A DNA stretch of 64,000 bases from a candidate division WS6 bacterium OLB20 (GTDB taxonomy: Bacteria; Patescibacteriota; Dojkabacteria; B142; OLB20), in contig JYNZ01000005.1 of the NCBI GenBank assembly GCA_001567355.1, positions 67,981-131,980 on the forward strand, in the 5' to 3' direction. Under the pieces are notes generated by a model, which saw nothing but the letters and a program-made list of their open reading frames with translations, had not been told where the DNA came from and did not search any database. Position numbers and translations under genes: made by a program. Positions 38,160-47,881 of the stretch are shown here, piece after piece. Numbering within the stretch: position 1 is the first letter of the stretch; the number at the start of each line of letters is the position of its first letter.

Positions 38160-39068
38160 TTAGCGCACAAACATCTTCTGCTCGGCATACGCAAGCTGCC
38201 TGCAGTCGTCACAGCAGAAATAGTTTCCATCTTCGTCAGCGTGCTTCTCACACAGGATCAGATGTCTGTGACCTTTACAGTGCAGATATGCACAATCAAC
38301 ATAGTTATCACTTTGCTCACCGCATTTGTCGCAGTGACTGATCACCTCGTGATCCTCATCATCCGTATTGATTCCCCAGACGACGCGACCATCAAACACA
38401 TAAAGTTTTCCAAGAAAGTGTGAATTGGGATACTTTTCGATATAGGTGTGCATGCCACCATACAGCTGGTAGACATTGGTAAAGCCGTGCTTTACCAGAA
38501 ATCCGCTCGCTTTTTCGCAGCGTATGCCTCCGGTGCAAGTCGTCACGACAAGCTTATCTTTCAGATGTTCAATTTCTTTGAGTGTCTCTGGCAGTTCACG
38601 GAAGTTCTTCATCGGCATCAGGATTGCATTCTCAAAATGGCCGACCTTCTGCTCGTAGTCATTACGCATATCTACCACATAGAACTCTTTGCCTGACTCG
38701 TAAAGCTCGTGCAGTTCGTCTGCAGTAATATACTTGCCTGTCGTTACGTTAGGATCGACATCGTCCTCTCCAAGATGCAGGCTGACAATCTCATCACGCA
38801 CCTTGATCTTAACCTTGGGGAAGGCCTTGCCGTTTCCTTCACTGCGTTTCCAGTGAATATCTGCAAACCGCTTATCTGAGACCATTTCGGCAATGTAGTG
38901 CTCGGTGTTCTCTACTGTTCCTTCAAGCGTCCCGTTAATACCCTCCGGGGCGATCAGTACTCTTCCGGTCAGACCAAAGCGTGCAAACAGCTCCTCCTGG
39001 CGGCGTTTCTCTGCTTCGGGATCTTCAATGGGCGTATATTTGTAGTACAGAAGTACCTGGTAGTTCAT
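38160..39068 (-). CDS. trhO: tRNA U34 hydroxylase TrhO (YceA/UPF0176 rhodanese-like)
   Basis: Full-length family pattern including a rhodanese domain with active-site CTGGIRCE and a C-terminal Cys-rich region. Confidence 0.85.
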   Translation of the reverse strand: MNYQVLLYYKYTPIEDPEAEKRRQEELFARFGLTGRVLIAPEGINGTLEGTVENTEHYIAEMVSDKRFADIHWKRSEGNGKAFPKVKIKVRDEIVSLHLGEDDVDPNVTTGKYITADELHELYESGKEFYVVDMRNDYEQKVGHFENAILMPMKNFRELPETLKEIEHLKDKLVVTTCTGGIRCEKASGFLVKHGFTNVYQLYGGMHTYIEKYPNSHFLGKLYVFDGRVVWGINTDDEDHEVISHCDKCGEQSDNYVDCAYLHCKGHRHLILCEKHADEDGNYFCCDDCRQLAYAEQKMFVR

Positions 39069-39077
39069 CTGATGTTC

Positions 39078-39368
39078 TTAAAACTGCGGAACAAACGGTG
39101 CCGGCGGTTCCGGTGCCCTGTCGTATAGCGGCTGTTCCGGCTTTGCTGCAGGTTGATCAAGAACAACACCGGGGTCCGGGATGCTCAGATCGGCGCCGTT
39201 CAGCTGCCGCGACACCAGCTGCAGCAAGTAGTCCCTGAAAGGAATCCACCTGCTGACATCGGGCATTCGTAAAATTTCCATATCTGAGTATATCATGTTG
39301 ACTGTAAAACCTGACACCCTCTGTCTTGCATGATATGGTAGTATCAATCTATACGAATGCACAACCAT
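39078..39368 (-). CDS. Hypothetical small protein
   Basis: ORF only. Confidence 0.2.
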   Translation of the reverse strand: MVVHSYRLILPYHARQRVSGFTVNMIYSDMEILRMPDVSRWIPFRDYLLQLVSRQLNGADLSIPDPGVVLDQPAAKPEQPLYDRAPEPPAPFVPQF

Positions 39369-41850
39369 GGCAAAGCATACCTACGATCCGGCAGTAATTG
39401 AGCCCAGGTGGCAGAAAGAGTGGGCTGACCGGAAGCTGTTCAAAGCAGCCGACCACTCCGAAAAACCCAAATACTATGCCCTCAGCATGTTTCCGTACCC
39501 GTCCGGAGCCGGTCTGCATGTCGGTCATCCCGAAAGTTACACTGCTGTGGACATTATCGCCCGCTATAAACGCATGACCGGTCATAATGTGATGTACCCG
39601 TTCGGCTGGGATGCGTTCGGTCTGCCGACAGAAAACTACGCTATCAAAGTCGGCCGCCCTCCGCAGGAAGTAGCAGTCGAGAACATTGCCAACTTTAAAC
39701 GCCAGGTAAACTACTTCGGTTTTTCAATTGACTGGGACCGCGAGGTCAACACGTCCGACCCGTCTTACTACAAATGGACCCAGTGGATGTTTAAAGAACT
39801 GTTCAAGCACGGACTGGCGTACAAAAAAGAGGCGCCGGTTAACTGGTGCCCAAGCTGCCAGACTGTGCTTGCCAATGAACAGGTTGTTGACGGCCATTGT
39901 GAACGCTGCGGGCATGAGGTCGTGCAGAAAAACCTGAGTCAGTGGTTTTTCAAAATCACGCACTACCTGGATGAACTGCTTGATGATCTTGAGAAGATCG
40001 ACTGGCCCGAGCACATCATTGCCATGCAGCGTAACTGGATCGGCCGGAAGTCAGGTATCAACATTACCTACTCAATCGATGGCACCGACGCCACTGTTAC
40101 CTGCTTCACTACGAGGCCGGACACAAATTTCGGTGCTACATTTATTGTGGCAGCCCCGGACAGCGCGTGGGTCAAAGAGCATCTGGAAATGTTCCCCAAC
40201 AAAGAGGAGGCGCAACAGTATATCGAAGCCACGCAGCAGAAAACCGAACTTGAGCGTATGCAGGAAGGCCGAATGAAGACCGGTGTCTTCACCGGAATGC
40301 ATGCGGTTAATAATCTGAACGGTGCAAGGATTCCGGTGTACATATCAGATTTTGTACTGGCCGGATTCGGAACGGGTGTTGTCGTCGGCGTCCCCGGTCA
40401 CGATCTGCGGGATTTCGAGTTTGCAAACGCAATGGGCCTTGAGATAAAGCGTGTTGTCGTCGGACCGGATGGCGATACATCAGAAATCACAAAACCCGCT
40501 CAGGTGCAGGAGGAATCCGGCACAATGATTAACAGTGAATTCCTGGACGGAATGGAGATAGCTGCAGCCACCGAACGTATGATGGACCATCTGGAAGAAA
40601 AAGGCTGGGGCGAGCGAGTTACAACCTACAAGATCAGAGACTGGCTCGTCTCAAGACAGCGTTACTGGGGTGCGCCTATTCCTGTAATTTATTGCAGGAA
40701 ATGTGCAGACTCTGCCGAGCATACAGTCGAAATCGACGGTGTAGCTCATGCAGTGCACCTGGTTGACGATAATGATCTCCCGGTATTGCTTCCGGAGGAT
40801 GTTGATTTTAAACCGACAGGCGAGGCTCCACTGGCCAGTTCGCAGTCATTCAAAGACGTCAGCTGTCCGGTTTGCGGCGCAAACGGAGACGACGCATTCA
40901 GAGAAGTTGATACGCTTGATACCTTTGTCTGTTCATCCTGGTACTTCCTGCGTTATGCAGATACGCAGAATGATGACGCAGCCTTTGCAACAGATAAAAC
41001 CGATTACTGGATGCCCGTTGATATCTACATTGGAGGCGCAGAACATGCTGTGCTGCACCTTCTGTATGCCCGCTTCTTCACCAAGGCGCTGAGGGATATG
41101 GGATACCTGAAGGTGGATGAACCCTTCTCCGCTTTGCGCACGCAAGGTATGATCCTTGGTCCCGACGGTCAGAAGATGAGCAAATCGAAAGGCAATGTTA
41201 TCAACCCCGATGATGTTGTAGAAGAATACGGCGCCGATACGTTCCGCCTTTATGAAATGTTCATGGGGCCTCTGCAGGATCCCAAACCATGGTCTACCAC
41301 AGGAATTAACGGTTCAAGAAGATTTCTCGAAAAAGTCTGGTACACGATCAATACATGGATCGATGCCGGCAAGCCCTCTGATACAACTGACGAATTGAAC
41401 CGCCTCGTCCACAAAACCATCAAAAAGGTCAGTGAAGACATACAGGAGGAAAAATTTAACACCGCAATCTCAGCCCTGATGATCCTGACAAACAAGATGC
41501 ATGCAGACAAAAGTTTCCCGGCTGATACAGCCGGAACACTGCTACGCCTGCTATCTGTATTTGCTCCGCATATAGCTGAAGAGCTGTGGTCGCGCGCCGG
41601 CTTTGAAGGATTTATCAGCACAGCTGACTGGCCTGAGTATGACGAATCAATGATCAGCGAGCATACGACAGAGATTGCCATTCAGATTAACGGAAAGGTC
41701 CGTGACCGAATCACTGTCAAAGCTGATGCGACCGAGGATGACATTGTTGCACTTGCTCTAAAACAGGATAACGTCAGGCGCTACATCGAGGGGAAGGAAA
41801 TCAAGCGCACCATCCTTATCCGGGGCAGCGTACTCAATATTGTCGTCTGA
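39367..41850 (+). CDS. leuS: Leucyl-tRNA synthetase (bacterial type)
   Basis: HIGH motif (HVGHPESY) and KMSKS (KMSKSKGN). Length is 827 aa with the CP1 editing domain. Confidence 0.95.
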   Translation: MAKHTYDPAVIEPRWQKEWADRKLFKAADHSEKPKYYALSMFPYPSGAGLHVGHPESYTAVDIIARYKRMTGHNVMYPFGWDAFGLPTENYAIKVGRPPQEVAVENIANFKRQVNYFGFSIDWDREVNTSDPSYYKWTQWMFKELFKHGLAYKKEAPVNWCPSCQTVLANEQVVDGHCERCGHEVVQKNLSQWFFKITHYLDELLDDLEKIDWPEHIIAMQRNWIGRKSGINITYSIDGTDATVTCFTTRPDTNFGATFIVAAPDSAWVKEHLEMFPNKEEAQQYIEATQQKTELERMQEGRMKTGVFTGMHAVNNLNGARIPVYISDFVLAGFGTGVVVGVPGHDLRDFEFANAMGLEIKRVVVGPDGDTSEITKPAQVQEESGTMINSEFLDGMEIAAATERMMDHLEEKGWGERVTTYKIRDWLVSRQRYWGAPIPVIYCRKCADSAEHTVEIDGVAHAVHLVDDNDLPVLLPEDVDFKPTGEAPLASSQSFKDVSCPVCGANGDDAFREVDTLDTFVCSSWYFLRYADTQNDDAAFATDKTDYWMPVDIYIGGAEHAVLHLLYARFFTKALRDMGYLKVDEPFSALRTQGMILGPDGQKMSKSKGNVINPDDVVEEYGADTFRLYEMFMGPLQDPKPWSTTGINGSRRFLEKVWYTINTWIDAGKPSDTTDELNRLVHKTIKKVSEDIQEEKFNTAISALMILTNKMHADKSFPADTAGTLLRLLSVFAPHIAEELWSRAGFEGFISTADWPEYDESMISEHTTEIAIQINGKVRDRITVKADATEDDIVALALKQDNVRRYIEGKEIKRTILIRGSVLNIVV

Positions 41851-41870
41851 ACTTTTTCCGGCACAACCCC

Positions 41871-41901
41871 TTGCGGCTTACGTAACGTAAGCTGTTACAC
41901 T
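41871..41901 (+). promoter_or_regulatory. MerR-type promoter: -35 TTGCGG, a 19-bp spacer containing the perfect palindrome GCTTACGT-A-ACGTAAGC, and -10 TACACT, 6 nt before the merR-family ATG
   Basis: A 19-bp spacer with a centred dyad is the hallmark MerR-family operator-promoter geometry. TipA-like regulators are known to autoregulate. Confidence 0.4.
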
Positions 41902-41907
41902 GCATCC

Positions 41908-42684
41908 ATGCAGGATAGAAATGTGTACACAATCCAGCAGCTGTCTGCGTTTTCCGGCCTGACAGTCAGGACATTGCGGCATTATGACGATCTGGGACTG
42001 CTTCCTGCCCGGGAGCGTAATTCCAGCGGGCATCGTTTATACAGCCGCAGCGACCTGCTCAGGTTGCAGCAGATCATGTTCTACCGGGAACTTGATGTAC
42101 CGCTCAGCGAGATCGCTGAGATCGTAGACGATCCGGACTTCAGTCTCACGGAGGCGCTAGAGCGGCACAGAAAACGCATCGGTGCGGAGATCAGCCGTCT
42201 GCAGAAGCTGATAGCGACCATCGATACCACTTTACATACTGTTAACCAGGAAACCATGTCAGACAGGACTAACGAAGAGTTGCTCTACGATGGATTCAGC
42301 AAAGAACAGATCGAGGAGATCAACGCTGAGGTGGATCTTACATATGACCCCGCTATTGTTGCCGAATCACGGAAACGTGCAAAGGTCATGACCAAAAAAG
42401 AGATCGAGGCTTTCAAGATTGAGAGCAGTGACATCCTCAACGGTCTTATTGCGGCATTCAGGCGCGGGGCCGCTGCAGACTCTGAAGAGACGCTGAAATG
42501 GATCGGCAGACATGTTGATACAATCAACAGGTTTTATACACCGACACCGGAGATCATCAGCGGTCTGGGCGACCTGTATGTGCAGGATCCGCGCTTCACT
42601 GAATACTACGATAAACATGTCGACGGCCTTGCCGCATATGTGCGCAAGGGAATGAAGGCATACGCTGAGTCTATGAGAACATAA
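41908..42684 (+). CDS. MerR-family transcriptional regulator with a TipAS-like C-terminal effector domain
   Basis: N-terminal MerR HTH (YTIQQLSAFSGLTVRTLRHYDDLGLL), a coiled-coil linker, and a roughly 140-aa C-terminal domain. Confidence 0.8.
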   Translation: MQDRNVYTIQQLSAFSGLTVRTLRHYDDLGLLPARERNSSGHRLYSRSDLLRLQQIMFYRELDVPLSEIAEIVDDPDFSLTEALERHRKRIGAEISRLQKLIATIDTTLHTVNQETMSDRTNEELLYDGFSKEQIEEINAEVDLTYDPAIVAESRKRAKVMTKKEIEAFKIESSDILNGLIAAFRRGAAADSEETLKWIGRHVDTINRFYTPTPEIISGLGDLYVQDPRFTEYYDKHVDGLAAYVRKGMKAYAESMRT

Positions 42685-42716
42685 AAAAAAAGCCCGCCGG
42701 AAGGCGGGCTTTTTCT
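42685..42716. terminator. Bidirectional rho-independent terminator (A9 agcccgcc ggaa ggcgggct T5)
   Basis: GC-rich 8-bp stem flanked by A9 on one side and T5 on the other. It lies between convergent genes. Confidence 0.8.
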
Positions 42717-42724
42717 TAACTCTT

Positions 42725-43279
42725 CTAATTGCTGCAACGGGCATCAACCTGATACTCGGATCTGATTGCTTTAATGTCGTACTCATCTTCACAGTATTCA
42801 CACAGATTGCCTTCAACAATGCCCTGCTCATTACAAACATCGCAGCCCTCACTTCCTGAGGCAAGAATACATGTCTCATACACTGTAGTTGCCAGCGAAC
42901 CTCCCGCGATGGCAACAATAACCACCATACCGATGATGCTGACAAAAAACGCTGCTACACCCATCCAGATTGCTTTTACAGCCTTCTGTGCTTCTTCGAT
43001 CTTACCGGCATCACCCTGTGACGTTACGTACTTGAACGCAGCTATACCAGCATAAATGACAGACGCAAGCACCAGTGCAATCCACATAACTGTTATCAGC
43101 AGTCGGATATTGTCGGTAACAAAATCAACAAGCCCTGCTCCTCCAGGGAACCGTTCAATTATCCGGGCGAGCTCATCAGGAAGAACGCTTTCCTGTGCTG
43201 CCACCGGAAAAACTCCGGCATGCAAGAGGGCAAATACAGCAAGCAGAGTAAATACACCCTTGACTGCAATTTTTCTCAT
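42725..43279 (-). CDS. Secreted/membrane protein with two TM helices and a C-terminal CxxC-x10-CxxC zinc-ribbon-like tail
   Basis: Signal peptide (start moved to MRKIAVKG…), two hydrophobic helices (a VirB2/TrbC-like topology), and a CDVC…CEYC tail. Confidence 0.45.
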   Translation of the reverse strand: MRKIAVKGVFTLLAVFALLHAGVFPVAAQESVLPDELARIIERFPGGAGLVDFVTDNIRLLITVMWIALVLASVIYAGIAAFKYVTSQGDAGKIEEAQKAVKAIWMGVAAFFVSIIGMVVIVAIAGGSLATTVYETCILASGSEGCDVCNEQGIVEGNLCEYCEDEYDIKAIRSEYQVDARCSN

Positions 43280-43407
43280 GATCAAAGACTGACAAGTATA
43301 TGATGCAGTGTAGGAAATCCTGCAGACGAACACAAGGCAGGAGGAATGAGAGATTGTAACCTTGATCGTCTAACAGGTATTATTTAATCAGTTTAATTCT
43401 GTCCATC

Positions 43408-44097
43408 ATGTTTATGAAAAAACAGTTACTGAGTCTGGTCATGCTTGCCGGAATGGTTCTGGCACCGCTGACTTTTGCTGCGGCACCTGTACATGCCTGC
43501 AGCTGTCTGCCGTTTGAGTCATTTACCCAGGCAGCAGAGATGTCAGATGTAATTATTTACGGCAACGTAGTCAGCACAAAGGGTACCGTAGATGGTGCGC
43601 CCGGTTCTGACGAGGTGTCGTATGAGGTTGAGGCATACGAGTTCTGGGGAGAGCTGGCAGAAGGTGTCAATACGATCACGACATCCGGCAGCAGTGCTGC
43701 ATGCGGTATCAACCTGACCCAGGGAGCCGAGTACATTATCATTGCCAGCAGGGACGAAAGCGGAATGCTGTCAACCGGACTGTGCAGCGGTACACAGGAT
43801 GCTACTGAAGCAAACCTCGAAACACTTCGAGCAGAGATGGGTCCGGGTATGGCGTTTTTCTACACGCAGGGACAGGAACCGGGCGCTCCGGACAGACCGG
43901 CTGTCGATGAACCAGGGGTAGACCCGACTCTCTACGACAATGAGGAAGTGATGCCGATCAGTGCACCGGCATATGATACGAGCGCTGCGGCTATAAGCAC
44001 AATCTGGGCAGCAGTTGCCTGCGTCGGACTGATGAGTACGGTTGCGCTTCTTTTCAGTTCACTCAACCTTGTGCTCTTCTTAAAAGGGAAAAAGTAA
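43408..44097 (+). CDS. TIMP-like / NTR-domain protein (putative metalloproteinase inhibitor), secreted with a C-terminal TM anchor
   Basis: The signal peptide is cleaved after VHA, leaving a mature N-terminus [28 protein letters not shown]. This aligns with TIMP-2 [46 protein letters not shown] and GLCSG align with the TIMP Cys70 and Cys99 regions. Confidence 0.6.
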   Translation: [229 protein letters not shown]

Positions 44098-44119
44098 CTG
44101 CCCGAGAACATCTTCAGTT

Positions 44120-44147
44120 AAAGCCCTCCACCTGGAGGGCTTTTTTA
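44120..44147 (+). terminator. Rho-independent terminator (aagccctcc acct ggagggctt + T6)
   Basis: Perfect 9-bp stem with a T-tract after the stop. Confidence 0.75.
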
Positions 44148-44177
44148 TAGGACAGCAAAATAAGCTTCTGCTAAACT

Positions 44178-45440
44178 GTGAGTATGAAACTGACACAGTT
44201 ACTTCGTAAGCCCTCTCCGCCGGTTATTATCGCCGGCCTGATCATAGCTGTTCTGCTTGGCGGAGTCGCTGTACTCACCTATGATCGCGCCAGAAATACT
44301 GAGGATACGACTCCGACCATCCTGCCGGATCTACCAGCCGGAACAGGCGTTGCAATGTCACCGACCCCAACAGGTCCGGTCCCAACCATCAGCACTGAAG
44401 AGCCCGGTTTTACGGATGAGGTGGTACAGGAAGATCTTACAGCTCCGTGGGACATTCTTTTTCTCGATGAGTCGACCTGGCTGGTCAGCGAAAAAGACGG
44501 CACCATGGTTCTGATCAAGGATGGCAGCATGACCAGGTTTACCGGTCCCGATGATGTCATGTCCATAGGCGAAGGCGGCCTTACCGGGCTTGCTCTGGAT
44601 CCCGAGTATACAACTAACAGACTGCTTTACACCTGTTATAACTCCGCAAGTAATGATGTACGCGTTGTTCGCTTCCGTTTTGAGCCTGAACAGCGTTCTC
44701 TGACCGAAAAGAAAATCCTGGTCGAGGGCATCCCGTCTATCGCGGGAGGAAGACACTCAGGCTGCCAGCTTGAATTCGGTCCTGATGGATTTTTGTGGGT
44801 TGGAACAGGTGATGCAGCCACAGCAGAGAATCCACAAGATCTGCAGAGCCTTGGCGGCAAGATCCTGCGCATTGACCGCGATGGCAACCCGGCGTATGAC
44901 AACCTGCAGGGTGGTGCCGATCTTCGTGTATACAGTTACGGACACCGCAATGTACAGGGGCTTGGCTTTTTTAATCCTGCGTACCGTTTTGACGCTCCGG
45001 GAATAAATATCGAACATGGGTCAACCCTCGATGACGAGGTTAATCCTCTTGTTCCCGGCAACTTCGGCTGGGACCCCAACCCCGGTTACCGTGAGGCCGG
45101 TGTCCCTATGACCGACCTCGAAAAGTTTCCTGATGCTGTTGAGGCAATCTGGTCCAGCGGCAACCCGACCATCGCCACATCAGGAGGGACCGTTATCAAT
45201 GGAGAGCAGTGGAAAAGCTGGAACCAGTCTGTGGCAGTCGGAGTTCAGAAAGACCAGCACGTTCTCATCCTCAAGGTTAATCAGGATATGACACTGGCAG
45301 ATGAAACAGTCATCCTCAAAGGAGCATACGGCAGAATCCGGACAGTGCAGCAGGGTCCGGACGGTAATCTGTATCTCCTGACGGATCGTCGCGAAGGCTC
45401 AGGTGCCGACGTGATTGTTCGTCTTAGCCCGAATCCTTAG
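44178..45440 (+). CDS. PQQ-dependent sugar dehydrogenase (soluble glucose/sorbosone dehydrogenase beta-propeller family), membrane-anchored
   Basis: N-terminal TM, then family motifs (…GLTGLALDPEY…, …LWVGTGD…, …GGKILRIDRDGNPAYDN…, …YSYGHRNVQGL…). Confidence 0.7.
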   Translation: MSMKLTQLLRKPSPPVIIAGLIIAVLLGGVAVLTYDRARNTEDTTPTILPDLPAGTGVAMSPTPTGPVPTISTEEPGFTDEVVQEDLTAPWDILFLDESTWLVSEKDGTMVLIKDGSMTRFTGPDDVMSIGEGGLTGLALDPEYTTNRLLYTCYNSASNDVRVVRFRFEPEQRSLTEKKILVEGIPSIAGGRHSGCQLEFGPDGFLWVGTGDAATAENPQDLQSLGGKILRIDRDGNPAYDNLQGGADLRVYSYGHRNVQGLGFFNPAYRFDAPGINIEHGSTLDDEVNPLVPGNFGWDPNPGYREAGVPMTDLEKFPDAVEAIWSSGNPTIATSGGTVINGEQWKSWNQSVAVGVQKDQHVLILKVNQDMTLADETVILKGAYGRIRTVQQGPDGNLYLLTDRREGSGADVIVRLSPNP

Positions 45441-45843
45441 CCAGGATAACACGACTCCGCTTAACAGGAGCATACTTGCGCCTGTCACAATAACTGACTC
45501 TGCCAGCTGAGTTCCCCATAATGGCAGATACTTCTGAACAGGCCCGACAACCAGCAGTGAGATCTCAACAGCAGCAGGCAGAAGCAACAGATGTAATCCA
45601 AAGAACAGAAGTGAATGCCTTCCGGTAAACAACACAACCCTGTCAGCAGTCACTGTGCGGGGGAGCACCTGCATGACCAAGAATCACGAGCACAATTCCA
45701 AGCCCTTTAGCCGCATCAATCCATATTATGCGTTTACTGTCCCCTGTTATGCTGTTTACCACTTCGCAATATTGTATCGTCACTGCCATCTTATGATAAG
45801 CGCGCACGAAAAGATATGCAGCAGTGATACAATACAGATCGCT

Positions 45844-47814
45844 ATGGAAAGTATCCGCAAAAATATCGAATCAGCCTCTCCGGCTGACCGTCACAGTACG
45901 GTGCTAAGCAACTGCCTTAGGCACATCCAGCTTGGTACGGGCGACATCACTATCAGGCAGGGCGCAAAGATCGGTGTCTTTCATATTGATGGTATGACCC
46001 AGACGCTGGTGCCGGAGGCAGACGGCACAGGTATCTTCGAGGCTGTGACGGACGAGAATACAGTGCGCCTGATCCGCAAGGATTCTTCAGACTACAATAC
46101 ACTCAGGATCACTGTGCCCCGTGAGCCGGATGAGCATATTGAGGGATATGCCCGACTTGAGGATGAGCCGGTATGCTACTACAACCGTGAACATGGAGGA
46201 GTGTATCAGCCGAGTCTGGAGACCTTTCTGTCAAAACGCATGGGCCTTTACGCCGGCAGGAATATTGCCTATGCCATGCATCCGCAGTTTACATCCAGCA
46301 AGGGATACAGGCTTGAGGTATACTCCGAAAAACCTGTGGTCATAAGCTACAACGATGATGCTACCGTTATCGACTGCTTTGGGCTGCCTGAAGAAATCAG
46401 GGCTTCGCGTGTTGACAGCTTCAGCCCGCCCCGGCTGCAGAACGAGTTTGTCCGCATACCCGAAGGCACCGATAATGGTGTCGCAGTGGTGATGCGAGGC
46501 GATGCGGACGAAATCAGAGAAAATATCGGCAGGCTGCTTGAAGCAGGCTGTGCTCTCGGATACGTCCAGCTTGAAAATATTTTCGGCAGCGTGTCCCACA
46601 GACTCGCCGTCTCTGATCGTGTTGTCTGGGGGAGTACGAAGATCAAACACGGCTACAAAGAGCTGATACGGGATCTGCAGGCACAGGGGATAGAAGTGAT
46701 CGGATACATCAATCCGTACATGGAGGAGGAAGCCAACCTGTTTGCGGAATTTGATCGCGAGGGATACTTTGTCAGCCACGAAGGCAGACGATTTGATACG
46801 TCACTGATTAACGAGAACAGGGTCTGCATAGTAGATCTCTTCAATCCTGCTGCCAGAAGAGCACTGATGGAACGTTACGGTGATGCATTCGCACAGCTTG
46901 GTATCAGCAGTTTCAAACTGGACTTTGGCGAGGGTCATCCGGATAAGTCCTTGCACCAGCGATATGCCGCAGAGCTTGTCCGCTTTGGTCATGATATTCA
47001 GAAGTACATCTCGGAGCAGACGGCCGGGAGGGGTTTCTTTTACTCACGGACGGCAACCGGTGCAAATGTCTCTGCCACATATGGTCAGGACCCGTTTCTG
47101 ATCTGGGGCGGCGATTATACAGCGAATTTCCGCAATGACTCCTGGACAGCGGGGATTTTGCGCAGTGTTGATGCTCAATCCATCGGTCTGCCGGGTTACT
47201 TTGAGATCGGTGGGTTTTATAATTTCGGCTGGCTCTATAATAATCCGGTATTTATGCGGGCATGTATCGAGGCTGGAATGTTTAATCTGTTTGTCAGATC
47301 TCATGTCGGAGCAGACCACCGCTGGCCGCTGAACACGCATGTCTATTCGGAGAATGTTATTGACCTCTTTGCTGTCTGGAGCCGCGTGCGGTTTGGAACA
47401 CTCAAGCCGTTTTTTGATGAGCAGACACGACATTGGAACAAAACGGGTCAGCCGATCTGGAAAAAGTTCTATCCGCGACACCACGGAACACCCGGCATCA
47501 CTGCAAAGTCAACCCGAAACCAGTTTTACATAGGAGCGGAAAATGACATTCTGCTTGCCATACCGAGCAGGGACCGCCCGTTCAGCAAACGGTACAAAGT
47601 CTGCCTGCCGCCAGACGGAAGCTATACCGATCTGATTACCGGAGAGCATATCGAAACGGGTACAGACCCGATCCTGGTGCAGCAATACGTCCGGGGAGGA
47701 GCTGCGATCTATTATGACACCCGGAGCCGCTTTGCAGATCTCTTTGCAGCGGCCCACAGTGAGCTTGAGACAAGCGGTGTATACAAGATCTCAAAGTCTT
47801 CTCAGGAGCCATAA
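45844..47814 (+). CDS. Glycoside hydrolase, GH31-like (alpha-glucosidase/xylosidase family)
   Basis: Catalytic-region motifs KLDFGE and WGGDYTANF resemble the GH31 WxDMNE / WxGDN blocks. The start is moved to the internal Met to avoid overlap with the upstream region. Confidence 0.5.
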   Translation: MESIRKNIESASPADRHSTVLSNCLRHIQLGTGDITIRQGAKIGVFHIDGMTQTLVPEADGTGIFEAVTDENTVRLIRKDSSDYNTLRITVPREPDEHIEGYARLEDEPVCYYNREHGGVYQPSLETFLSKRMGLYAGRNIAYAMHPQFTSSKGYRLEVYSEKPVVISYNDDATVIDCFGLPEEIRASRVDSFSPPRLQNEFVRIPEGTDNGVAVVMRGDADEIRENIGRLLEAGCALGYVQLENIFGSVSHRLAVSDRVVWGSTKIKHGYKELIRDLQAQGIEVIGYINPYMEEEANLFAEFDREGYFVSHEGRRFDTSLINENRVCIVDLFNPAARRALMERYGDAFAQLGISSFKLDFGEGHPDKSLHQRYAAELVRFGHDIQKYISEQTAGRGFFYSRTATGANVSATYGQDPFLIWGGDYTANFRNDSWTAGILRSVDAQSIGLPGYFEIGGFYNFGWLYNNPVFMRACIEAGMFNLFVRSHVGADHRWPLNTHVYSENVIDLFAVWSRVRFGTLKPFFDEQTRHWNKTGQPIWKKFYPRHHGTPGITAKSTRNQFYIGAENDILLAIPSRDRPFSKRYKVCLPPDGSYTDLITGEHIETGTDPILVQQYVRGGAAIYYDTRSRFADLFAAAHSELETSGVYKISKSSQEP

Positions 47815-47881
47815 CACCTTCTTGTGGTCATAATCAGTACATGCTAGATTAATACCATCTAACACTAAACTGGTTTTACTG

